This document shows, piece after piece, positions 1 through 10,880 of a stretch of 29,974 bases of DNA (positions are counted from its first letter, which is position 1; each line of letters begins with the position of its first letter). The notes beneath the pieces are model-generated. The model was given only the letters and a program-made list of their open reading frames with translations. It searched no databases and was not told where the DNA came from. The stretch comes from Macrostomum lignano (taxonomy: Eukaryota), in NCBI GenBank assembly GCA_002269645.1, contig NIVC01004964.1:1-29974 (forward strand), written 5' to 3'. The position numbers and the translations under genes were made by a program.

Positions 1-366
1 CTATCGTGTCATTTTTACGTGAAGAGGAAGGCCGCGGTGGCGGCCTGGTGCCAAATCCGTGATCGAAGGCGTCCGCGTGATAGCGGCGAGCTGCGGTCCG
101 AGCCACTGCGCGTGCCTGGATTCCGAGGGTCGCCTATGGACTTGGGGATTCGGTGGCTACGGCCGTCTTGGCCTATAATTCTACGCGCAATGAGCTGCGG
201 CAAGGCTAGTGAATTATTTCAGCAACACTAGGCATGCGTGGATCGGGTGAGCTGCGGCGGCGCCTACACTATTGCCACTACGGCTCCGGCGAATTCCTCT
301 GCGCCACCAGTCACCTATCTGTGGGGACAGCAGAAAAGCTCCGGCGAGGCTAATATGTATCCGAAG
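1..366 (+). CDS. RCC2: RCC2 (TD-60) homolog, penultimate coding exon, 5'-truncated by the window; frameshifted (inferred indels near 59, 174, 201, 236)
   Basis: Stitching frames 3/2/3/2/1 gives [91 protein letters not shown]...TYLWGQQKSSGEANMYPK. This follows the recalled RCC2 sequence ([31 protein letters not shown]...PRLV...FFWG...STMYPK). The exon ends at a phase-0 donor AAG|GTGAGA at 367. Confidence 0.9.
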
Positions 367-1465
367 GTGAGACTGCATGTTCAACTGTTCTTTTCGATAC
401 ATATCGGCAGTGAAGCTAGATTTTGTGGAGGGTGGGATCAGAGACAGCGGAGGGTGGGATCACAGACAGGGAGGGTGGGATCACAGGCAGGGGAGGGTGG
501 GATCACAGACAGGGGAGGGTGGGATCACAGACAGGGGAGGGTGGGATCACAGACAGGGGAGGGTGGGATCACAGACAGGGGAGGGTGGGATCACAGACGG
601 GAGGGTGGGATCACAGATAGTGGAGGGTGGGATCACAGACAGCGGAGGGTGGGATCACAGATAGTGGAGGGTGGGATCACAGACAGCGGAGGGTGGGATC
701 ACAGGGGAGGGTGGATCACAGACACGGGAGGTTGGGATCACAGACACGGGAGGGTGGGATCACAGATAGTGGAGGGTGGGATCACAGACAGCGGAGGGTG
801 GGATCACAGACAGGGGAAGGTGGGATCACAGACAGGGGAGGGTGGGATCACAGACAGGGGAGGGTGGGATCACAGACGGGAGGGTGGGATCACAGACAGG
901 GGAGGGTGGGATCACAGACGGGAGGGTGGGATCACAGATAGTGGAGGGTGGGATCACAGACAGCGGAGGGTGGGATCACAGATAGTGGAGGGTGGGATCA
1001 CAGACAGCGGAGGGTGGGATCACAGACAGGGGAGGGTGGGATCACAGACACGGGAGGTTGGGATCACAGACACGGGAGGGTGGGATCACAGATAGTGGAG
1101 GGTGGGATCACAGACAGCGGAGGGTGGGATCACAGACAGGGGAAGGTGGGATCACAGACAGGGGAGGGTGGGATCACAGACAGGGGAGGGTGGGATCACA
1201 GACGGGAGGGTGGGATCACAGACGGGAGGGTGGATCACAGACAGGGAGGGTGGGATCACAGACGGGAGGGTGGGATCACAGATAGGGAGGGTGGGATCAC
1301 AGACAAAAATGGATCATATTTGGTAATATTGTCACCCTTTAAGCCTTTAAATTTTCCCAATGAATATTTCACCTATCGTACACAGTTTATGCCTATGGTT
1401 TTGATTTTTATATTAATATTTAAATATATTTTTCTATACATATCGTCTCTCCCCCATAATCCAAG
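367..1465 (+). other. RCC2 last intron (GT..AG, phase 0), mostly filled by a minisatellite
   Basis: GTGAGA at 367 and CCAAG| at 1464-1465. Splicing gives MYPK|ALMDLSGW, matching recalled RCC2 MYPKAVQDLCGW. Confidence 0.85.
426..1304 (+). repeat. G-rich minisatellite, 19-21 bp unit (G)GGAGGGTGGGATCACAGACA(G), ~43 copies
   Basis: Directly visible tandem units with variant spacers (GACAGG, GATAGT, GACAGC, GAC). Confidence 0.97.
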
Positions 1466-1764
1466 GCTCTCATGGACCTGAGCGGCTGGTCGGTTCGCCG
1501 ACTGTCGCCGGCAATCGCAGCTGCGCTGTGCTGGCCGACACCAGCTGCATCACCTGGGGCCCGTCGCCTACATTTGGCGAACTGGGCCACGGCGACATGG
1601 TGAAGTCATCAGCCAGGCCAATGGTCTGCAAAGCACTCGAACGAGTTCGCGTTGCCGAAGTTGCTATGGGCTACGCGCAGTGCGTATTTCTGGTCCCGTT
1701 AAAATCCGACGGCAGCGATGCCGAAGAGAAACTGGGCAAATATCCGGTTTGTCGGGACAAGTGA
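1466..1764 (+). CDS. RCC2: RCC2 homolog, terminal coding exon (one -1 frameshift near 1505), stop TGA 1762-1764
   Basis: ALMDLSGWSVRRL/AGNRSCAVLADTSCITWGPSPTFGELGHGDMVKSSARPMVCKALERVRVAEVAMGYAQCVFLV...EEKLGKYP. This matches the recalled RCC2 C-terminus (ADESTISWGPSPTFGELGYGD..KSS...QVAMGYSHSLV). Confidence 0.92.
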
Positions 1765-2420
1765 ATTCTAATTTGTTTTTTTTCAAAAAAGACAAACTCT
1801 GATCTAAAGTTTTTTGTTAAATTTTCGTATCATACTACTTACCTACTGAATTTGCTGTATACCGCAAATTTTTCATATTTTCTAGCTGCGGTTTTGATAA
1901 AAAACTATTCATAATTTTGAAGACGCCGATATGTATCGAAAAACAAATCTGTCAACATGGCAGTAGTATGTAGGGCTTTTTAAATACCTTTTTCCAAGTA
2001 AAGCGTAAGCTTATTTTTGTATGAAAGTTTTTTGCAACTCCTTTTTTGCCGAACTGTTTACCGGTTGTTCGTTTTCTTTGTTATTTACTGATTAAAACGA
2101 GTAAAAAAATCATAATTAAATATACTAATGTGCGCTTCTAACGGCATTTATACTTTTCTTTGTAATCACAAACGCGAATCTTTGTTTTACTAGTTTTTTT
2201 CGCAATTTGTAAGATAAAGTATATTTGTTACGATGTGCAATAATATCTGCTATTATTTCTCCTCTCAATTTTTTTTGGTACTTTGGCGCTTTTCTCATAA
2301 TCCCCTTCAGTGTATTCCCTGTGCACTGAATCGGGTGTTTTCTGCTATTTATAATTCCCTTGTATTTTTAATGCATGGTGTATCAAATATGTCACTGCGA
2401 TTATTGCCGATTTTAATGTA

Positions 2421-2775
2421 ATTGTCCTCCCTTAATCAGGGGTTCATTGTCCTCCCTTAATCAGGGGTTCATTGTCCTCCCTTAATCAGGGGATCATTGT
2501 CCTCCCTTAATCAGGGGATCATTGTCCTCCCTTAATCAGGGGATCATTGTCCTCCCTTAATCAGGGGATCATTGTCCTCACTTAATCAGGGGATCATTGT
2601 CCTCCCTTAATCAGGGGATCATTGTCCTCCCTTAATCAGGGGATCATTGTCCTCACTTAATCAGGGGATCATTGTCCTCCTTAATCAGGGGATCATTGTC
2701 CTCACTTAATCAGGGGATCATTGTCCTCACTTAATAAGGGGATCATTGTCCTCACTTAATCAGGGGATCATTGTC
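2421..2775 (+). repeat. 25-bp minisatellite ATTGTCCTCCCTTAATCAGGGGATC, ~14 copies
   Basis: Near-identical tandem copies with CTCCC/CTCAC and GGTTC/GGATC variants. Confidence 0.97.
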
Positions 2776-3427
2776 TCTTTTAGGGTCACTCCAAGTCTGG
2801 CCTTATTTTTTCTTTCTCGCTCGACGCAGTCTCTGCCAGTTTTCTAGCAAACAAAGTTAAATGACACCATATCTTTCGTGATCATGTTTACAATAACGGT
2901 AATAAAATTCTAGTTGGCTACTATTATCAAGCTGTAGCACTGTATTAATATAAATTTAATTTTTGCAATTAAGTTTTCTGTATTTATTTGCTGTATAATA
3001 TCATGCGGCCCAGAAGCACTTCTATTTTTTTAGAGTTAATAGTCTCTAAATCATTGGATGTATATTAATTAGCAACATTTCCCTAATATTTCTACTTATG
3101 TAGTAGCTGATAGAGGCTATTAGCTCGTAATTATTCCAAACTTTTCCATCCGTATATATTATTGCTGTCTACAGTAGTACTTATTTAATCATTCTGCTAT
3201 TATTCTTGCGTATACTAAAGTACCCTGGTATTTATTTATTTATTGTTTAAAAGTTGAAACTAATCGGAAAGTTTTGCACTTTCTTTTTGGTATGCTCGTC
3301 TAAAAATAATAATATAATATGCAAGTATTGCAACTATTTGCTTCTGCGCAACACTTATTATTAACTGATGTACTGCATTAATGCGTTGGTGTTTCCTTGC
3401 ATTTTTATTCACAATCAATTATCACGG

Positions 3428-4237
3428 ACAGGGGAGGGTGGGATCACACAGTGCAGGGTGGGTTCACACAGACAGTGCAGGGTGGGTTCACACAGACAGT
3501 GCAGGGTGGGATCACACTGGCAGTACAGGGTGGGATCACACTGGCAGTACAGGGTGGGATCACACTGGCAGTACAGGGTGGGTTCACACAGACAGTGCAG
3601 GGTGGGATCACACTGGCAGTACAGGGTGGGATCACACAGACAGTGCAGGGTGCGATCACACTGGCAGTACAGGGTGGGATCACACTGGCAGTACAGGGTG
3701 GGATCACACAGACAGTGCAGGGTGGGATCACACTGGCAGTACAGGGTGGGATCACACTGGCAGTACAGGGTGGGTTCACACAGACAGTGCAGGGTGGGAT
3801 CACACTGGCAGTACAGGGTGGGATCACACTGGCAGTACAGGGAGGGATCACACTGGCAGTACAGGGTGGGATCACACAGACAGTGCAGGGTGGGATCACA
3901 CTGGCAGTACAGGGTGGGATCACACTGGCAGTACAGGGTGGGTTCACACAGACAGTGCAGGGTGGGATCACACTGGCAGTACAGGGTGGGATCACACTGG
4001 CAGTACAGGGAGGGATCACACTGGCAGTACAGGGTGGGATCACACAGACAGTGCAGGGTGGGATCACACTGGCAGTACAGGGTGGGATCACACTGGCAGT
4101 ACAGGGTGGGATCACACTGGCAGTACAGGGTGGGATCACACTGGCAGTGCAGGGTGGGATCACACTGGCAGTACAGGGTAGAATCACATGGACAGTACAG
4201 GGCGGAATCACACTGGTAGTACAGGGTGGAATCACAC
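3428..4237 (+). repeat. 24-bp minisatellite with two unit types (CTGGCAGTA- or CAGACAGTG- + CAGGGTGGGATCACA), ~34 copies
   Basis: Directly visible; explains the 8-aa-periodic ORFs on both strands. Confidence 0.97.
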
Positions 4238-4597
4238 ATAAAGGAGGTCGGGGTCACTCACACAGGAAAGTGTGATCCCACAAATAATAGTTGCATCAGC
4301 AGGCACCCAAATACCCCTTTCTATATTCCTCCCTTATTGGCCGTCTGCTAGTTTCTCTGTGCGAACAGCCAAAAATATCCCCTAAAGCAGTTCTCTGCGC
4401 TGGTTCAACATTGGTCGCAGGTGCACCATTTTCTTGCGATGGAATTTCAAAAAAGCAGTTCTTTTGCTTTTTCTGTTGTGTCCTGCAGCTGTCGATGCGC
4501 TAGTAGGGCGGCTTGTGTTTGGTCCAGCAGCTTTCTCCATCAAGTTGCTAACTGCCCCGACTCCGGGAGCCCAGGATGACTTTTTTGGATTTGCCTG

Positions 4598-6277
4598 TTT
4601 TTCCCATCCTTTCTGTGTGTCTTTCCCATCCTTTCTGTGTGTCTTTCCCATCCTTTCTGTGTGTCTTTCCTATCCTTTCTGTGTGTCTTTCCCACCCTTT
4701 CTGTGTGTCTTTCCCACCCTTTCTGTGTGTCTTTCCCACCCTTTCTGTGTGTCTTTCCCACCCTTTCTGTGTGTCTTTCCCATCCTTTCTGTGTGTCTTT
4801 CCCACCCTTTCTGTGTGTCTTTCCCACCCTTTCTGTTTGTCTTTCCCATCCTTTCTGTGTGTCTTTCCCACCCTTTCTGTGTGTCTTTCCCACCCTTTCT
4901 GTTTGTCTTTCCCATCCTTTCTGTGTGTCTTTCCCACCCTTTCTGTGTGTCTTTCCCACCCTTTCTGTGTGTCTTTCCCATCCTTTCTGTGTGTCTTTCC
5001 CACCCTTTCTGTGTGCCTTTCCCACCCTTTCTGTTTGTCTTTCCCATCCTTTCTGTGTGTCTTTCCCACCCTTTCTGTGTGTCTTTCCCATCCTTTCTGT
5101 GTGTCTTTCCCACCCTTTCTGTGTGTCTTTCCCACCCTTTCTGTTTGTCTTTCCCATCCTTTCTGTGTGTCTTTCCCACCCTTTCTGTGTGTCTTTCCCA
5201 CCCTTTCTGTGTGTCTTTCCCACCCTTTCTGTTTGTCTTTCCCACCCTTTCTGTGTGTCTTTCCCACCCTTTCTGTGTGTCTTTCCCATCCTTTCTGTGT
5301 GTCTTTCCCACCCTTTCTGTGTGTCTTTCCCATCCTTTCTGTGTGTCTTTCCCATCCTTTCTGTGTGTCTTTCCTACCCTTTCTGTGTGTCTTTCCCACC
5401 CTTTCTGTTTGTCTTTCCCACCCTTTCTGTGTGTCTTTCCCACCCTTTCTGTGTGTCTTTCCCACCCTTTCTGTGTGTCTTTCCCACCCTTTCTGTGTGT
5501 CTTTCCCATCCTTTCTGTTTGTCTTTCCCATCCTTTCTGTGTGTCTTTCCCACCCTTTCTGTGTGTCTTTCCCACCCTTTCTGTGTGTCTTTCCCATCCT
5601 TTCTGTGTGTCTTTCCCACCCTTTCTGTGTGTCTTTCCCACCCTTTCTGTTTGTCTTTCCCATCCTTTCTGTGTGTCTTTCCCACCCTTTCTGTGTGTCT
5701 TTCCCACCCTTTCTGTTTGTCTTTCCCATCCTTTCTGTGTGTCTTTCCCACCCTTTCTGTGTGTCTTTCCCACCCTTTCTGTGTGTCTTTCCCATCCTTT
5801 CTGTGTGTCTTTCCCACCCTTTCTGTGTGTCTTTCCCATCCTTTCTGTGTGTCTTTCCCATCCTTTCTGTGTGTCTTTCCCACCCTTTCTGTGTGTCTTT
5901 CCCACCCTTTCTGTTTGTCTTTCCCATCCTTTCTGTGTGTCTTTCCCACCCTTTCTGTGTGTCTTTCCCACCCTTTCTGTTTGTCTTTCCCATCCTTTCT
6001 GTGTGTCTTTCCCACCCTTTCTGTGTGTCTTTCCCATCCTTTCTGTGTGTCTTTCCCACCCTTTCTGTGTGCCTTTCCCACCCTTTCTGTTTGTCTTTCC
6101 CATCCTTTCTGTGTGTCTTTCCCACCCTTTCTGTGTGTCTTTCCCACCCTTTCTGTGTGTCTTTCCCACCCTTTCTGTTTGTCTTTCCCATCCTTTCTGT
6201 GTGTCTTTCCCACCCTTTCTGTGTGCCTTTCCCATCCTTTCTGTGTCTTTCCCACCCTTTCTGTGTGCCTTTCCCAT
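4598..6277 (+). repeat. 22-bp minisatellite CTTTCCCA(C/T)CCTTTCTGT(G/T)TGT, ~76 copies
   Basis: Directly visible. The 22-aa (66-bp) periodicity in all six frames shows a stop-free unit whose length is not a multiple of 3. Confidence 0.98.
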
Positions 6278-6908
6278 ATTCATTGGCATTCGCAGCCGAA
6301 GGCACTACAAATAATAAAAAGCTTGTGATGGTTGCAATAATTATAGTTATAAGCATAGCTCAGGTAAAAAAATGATCACTATTATTGGCACAGCGAGACC
6401 GGAACTTCTATTACCTTTCATCTACATATATGTGGATGAAGGAACCGGATGCAGGGCTAGAAAAGATCCGCCCTGATCCAAAGATTGCGGAGGGTGGGTG
6501 GTGGTTTGCGCCTCACCCCTCAAGCAGTCGCGGGGCAAGAGAAATGATTGAGCAGGCTGGCGCGTGGACTCTGCACTACCTCAGATGATGTGCCCAGAGC
6601 TGCTCTGGCAATGAGATACGGACCTATTGGGGTGCATGGGCGGATAGGGTGTGCGGTGTTAGACCGAATTATTGAGACTGACCTGGATGCTAACAGAGCT
6701 ATATGGGCCCTTCACCTGTCTGTCTGACTGTCATATGCGCGCCTTATGCAAGGGAATAGTGTCATAGCTAAAATCCTCTCGGCGCACTGGATGGTCACGT
6801 TCTCTGCTGCACTTGAGAAAGCGTGAATTTGGAATTCGAATATTAAAACGAATATGTCACGCGTAGGATGTAGTTTAGCGCCTATATAGCCTTGCTGCAT
6901 CCACTGGT

Positions 6909-6960
<52 letters not shown>

Positions 6961-6991
6961 TATAGATAGAAAGATAGATAGATAGATAGAT

Positions 6992-7043
<52 letters not shown>

Positions 7044-7104
7044 GGATAGATAGATAAGATAGATAGATGGATAGATAGATAGATAGATAGATGGATAGAT
7101 AGAT

Positions 7105-7167
<63 letters not shown>

Positions 7168-7168
7168 G

Positions 7169-7238
<70 letters not shown>

Positions 7239-7370
7239 TGCAAAAGGCAGTTTCAAACTGCAAACCACACACACGGAAATATTGAAGAACGTTAGTTGTC
7301 GAATATTCAGAAACCAATATTTCGGCCCTTTCGACCAATCTATCTATTTCGACCAATATTCTATATATCT

Positions 7371-7409
<39 letters not shown>
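6909..7409 (+). repeat. (GATA)n microsatellite, 6909-7238, with a second short run 7371-7409
   Basis: Directly visible. Confidence 0.98.
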
Positions 7410-7411
<2 letters not shown>

Positions 7412-8024
7412 AGAGCCGCATCCACCTCCATGCCTTTTGCCGGAAGCCCCACAAGTAGTAAGTCTCAAAATTTCTCGCTCTTGTGAAGGATTACCAATGC
7501 TGATGATGGGGGAATTTATGGGACAAGAATCAAGCAAAAAATCCTCTCCATCTCACAGGGCTCCACTCTAATCCTTTGGACAAAAAAGATCCACTGTCTC
7601 GGGCTTGTGCACCCTCCCCCAAGCGCTTTCTCGGGTTGGCTCGATCTCATGCAGTCTGGCTTCAGTGATCAATATCGAATTGACAGATTAGCATCGTATT
7701 AGTAGCAATCGTAGATTTTCGAGTGTAGCTGTGTATGAGTAATTATGTTATTCTCTGTTGTATTCATGCGCGTTGTGCCTGCGGGTTTGTGTTGTTAAAA
7801 CAATCGCAGGGAGTCGGGTGGCTTGCCGGACAGCAGCTCGTGACATTCTCCTGCTGTGTAATTGGGCAAAGGGTTCACTTGGAATACTGTGATGCGTGTG
7901 CTGCATACAATCAGATTTTGTAAGCTTTTGTAGGACAGGCTGAGGCCTGCACTGAGATTCTCGGCTGCGGTGGCTGTGTCAGATGCCTGGGGATTCAGCA
8001 TCTCATTGGATCTACTTTTTTGTC

Positions 8025-9722
8025 TCTCTTCCTTCTCCTCTCTCATCTCTCTCCTCTCCTCTCCTCTCCTCTCCTCTCCTCTCCTCCCTCTCCTCCCTCT
8101 CCTCCCTCTCCTCTCCTCTCCTCTCCTCTCCTCTCCTCCCCTCTCCTCCCTCTCCTCTCCTCTCCTCTCCTCCTCTCACCTCCCCACTTTTCCTCTCCTC
8201 TCCTCTCCTCTCCTCTCCTCTCCTCTCCTCCCTCTCCTCCCCTCTCCTCTCCTCTCCTCTCCTCCTCTCACCTCCCCACTTTTCCTCTCCTCTCCTCTCC
8301 TCTCCTCTCCTCCCCTCTCCTCCCCTCTCCTCTCCTCTCCTCCTCTCACCTCCCCACTTTTCCTCTCCTCTCCTCTCCTCTCCTCTCCTCCCCTCCCCTC
8401 TCCTCTCCTCTCCTCTCCTCTCCTCTCCTCTCCTCCCCTCCCCTCTCCTCTCCTCTCCTCCCCTCCCCTCTCCTCTCCTCTCCTCTCCTCTCCTCTCCTC
8501 CCCTCCCCTCTCCTCTCCTCCCCTCCCCTCTCCTCTCCTCTCCTCCCCTCCCTCTCCTCTCCTCTCCTCTCCTCTCCTCTCCTCCCCTCCTCTCCTCTCC
8601 TCTCCTCTCCTCTCCTCTCCTCTCCTCTCCTCTCCCTCCCCTCTCCTCTCCTCTCCTCTCCTCTCCTCTCCTCCCCTCCCCTCTCCTCTCCTCTCCTCCC
8701 TCCCCTCTCCTCTCCTCTCCTCTCCTCTCCTCCCCTCCCCTCTCCTCTCCTCTCCTCTCCTCTCCTCCCCTCCCCTCTCCTCTCCTCTCCTCTCCTCCCC
8801 TCCCTCCTCTCCTCTCCTCCCCTCTCCTCTCCTCTCCTCTCTCTCTCTCCTCTCCTCCCCTCCCCTCTCCTCTCCTCTCCTCCCCTCCCCTCTCCTCTCC
8901 TCTCCTCTCCTCTCCTCTCCTCCCCTCCCCTCTCCTCTCCTTTCCTCTCCTCTCCTCTCCTCTCCTCTCCTCTCCTCTCCTCCCCTCCCCTCTCCTCTCC
9001 TCTCCTCCCCTCTCCTCTCCTCTCCTCTCCTCTCTCTCCTCTCCTCCCTCCCCTCTCCTCTCCTTTCCTCTCCTCTCCTCTCCTCCCTCTCCTCTCTCTC
9101 TCTCCTCTCCTCTCCTCTCCTCTCTCCTCTCCTCTCCTCTCTCTCCTCTCCTCTTCTCTCCTCTCCTCCCCTCCCCTCTCCTCTCCTTCCTCTCTCTCTC
9201 CTCTCCTCTCCTCTCCTCTCCTCCCTCCCCTCTCCTCTCCTCTCCTCTCCTCTCCCCTCCCCTCTCCTCTCCTCTCCTCTCCTCTCCTCCCTCTCCTCTC
9301 CTTTCCTCTCCTCTCCTCTCCTCTCCTCTCCTCTCCTCTCCTCCCCTCCCCTCTCCTCTCCTCTCCTCTCCTCTCCTCCCTCCCCTCTCCTCTCCTCTCC
9401 TCTCCTCTCCTCTCCTCTCCTCTCCTCTCCTCCCCTCCCCTCTCCTCTCCTCTCCTCTCCTCTCCTCTCCTCCCCTCTCCTCTCCTCTCCTCTCCTCTCC
9501 TCCCCTCCCTCTCCTCTCCTCTCCTCTTCTCTCCTCTCCTCTCTCTCTCCTCTCCTCTCTCCTCTCCTCTCCTCTCCTCTCCTCTCCTCTCCTCTCCTCC
9601 TCTCCTCTCCTCTCCTCTCCTCCCCTCCCCTCTCCTCTCCTCTCCTCTCTCTCCTCTCCTCTCCTCTCCTCTCCTCTCCTCTTCTCTCCTCTCCTCTCCT
9701 CCCCTCTCCTCTCCTCTCCTCT
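8025..9722 (+). repeat. (CCTCT)n-type polypyrimidine satellite, ~1.7 kb
   Basis: Almost exclusively C/T; pentamer CCTCT with CCCCT variants. Confidence 0.98.
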
Positions 9723-10395
9723 TTACCTAAAATACCAGTAGTCAGTTTGGACAGCCGGGCTGCAGCACTTTACAGAAATAGGAGGTGAAGTTGGGCACAG
9801 AGGAAAGAAGGCTTATCAGTTTTGTTGGTTGTTAAGAAAAGAAAATGTCTCAATATACAATTTGGAAAATGAGTAGTCTCGCCTAAAAAGTAATAAAGGC
9901 TAAAGTTATTGAATCTCAGAAACCAAGGTGAACAAATCTACCAATCTATATAAGGCAGCAGTCCAGAGTACAGTAGAGCTAAATCAAAACCTTAATAGTT
10001 AATCCACTAAGATCCCAATTAAGTGAACCAGTAGGCCAGACCCCAGGAAGGGATGATCCCTCGGAATTTATCCTTAGATTATGCTGCTTGAACATCTTAC
10101 TGTCTGGCACCCCTGGCTACCTCTGTTCTCTCCTGGCTGACTGTAAGACCTCTGCTAACTAATTTAGCCATGTACCAGATTTGCTAGCATGCAGTCAACG
10201 ACAGTACTATTTTTGGATCAGACTGATTGATTTATTACCCATTGCGTACGTATATTACACAGATATGAATGTATACGTACGCTTAATAAGTATTAGGATA
10301 TTAGGGTGGACATGCAGAAGAACACTTGGTTTCGTGTTGTCATGCATTGGGGGAGTCTCAGAGATTTGAAGTCTAGAGCTGAGTTGAGAAGTAAC

Positions 10396-10880
10396 AGAGG
10401 AGAGAAGAGGAGAGGAGGGGAGAGGAGAGAGGAGTAGAAGAGAAGAGAGGAGAGGAGGGGGAGGGGAGGAGAGGAGAGGATGGGAGAGGAGAGGGGAGAG
10501 GAGAGAAGAGGAGAGGAGGGGAGAGGAGAGGGGAGGAGAAGAGAGGAGAGGAGAGGAGAGGAGAGGAGAGGAGAGGAGAGGAGAGAGGGAGAGGAGAGGA
10601 TAGAAGAGGAGAGGAGAGGAGAGGAGGGGAGAGGAGAGGGGAGAAGAAGAGAGGAGAGGAGAGGAGAGGAGAGGAGAGGAGAGGAGAGGAGAGGATAGAA
10701 GAGGAGAGGAGAGGAGAGGAGAGGAGAGGAGAGGAGAGGAGAGAAGAGGAGAGGAGAGAGTAGAGAAGAAAAGAGAGAGTAGAGAAGAAAGGAGAGAGGA
10801 GAGGAGAGGAGAGGTGAGTAGAAGGGGGAGATGAAAGGGGAGAGTTGGGTGGAGAGAGGAGAAGGGAGATGGGAGAGTAG
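10396..10880 (+). repeat. (AGAGG)n polypurine satellite (reverse complement of the 8025-9722 tract)
   Basis: Directly visible. Confidence 0.97.

Noticed and set aside
238-1481. Long GGWDHR/GGITD-repeat ORFs
   Set aside because: Only 238-366 is real RCC2 coding sequence; the rest is read-through into the intronic minisatellite.
3368-4275. Cys-rich (CDPTLYCQ) and other 8-aa repeat ORFs resembling metallothionein or keratin-associated proteins
   Set aside because: The 24-bp stop-free unit is open in five frames on both strands, with no unique coding flanks or splice support.
4300-4560. Minus-strand stretch QRTALGDIFG...IREEYR, faintly like a hAT/ZBED transposase C-terminus
   Set aside because: The resemblance is a few residues only and no catalytic or dimerisation motifs are seen.
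4434-6375. 500-600 aa K/R-rich (KGWERHTER) and hydrophobic repeat ORFs resembling adhesive or membrane proteins
   Set aside because: The 22-bp unit is not a multiple of 3 and is open in all six frames; this is a satellite artefact.
6385-6720. DDVPRAALAMRYGP...RIIETDL, faintly like the C-terminus of an RTE-type LINE ORF
   Set aside because: No RT motifs and multiple stops; cannot be supported without blastx.
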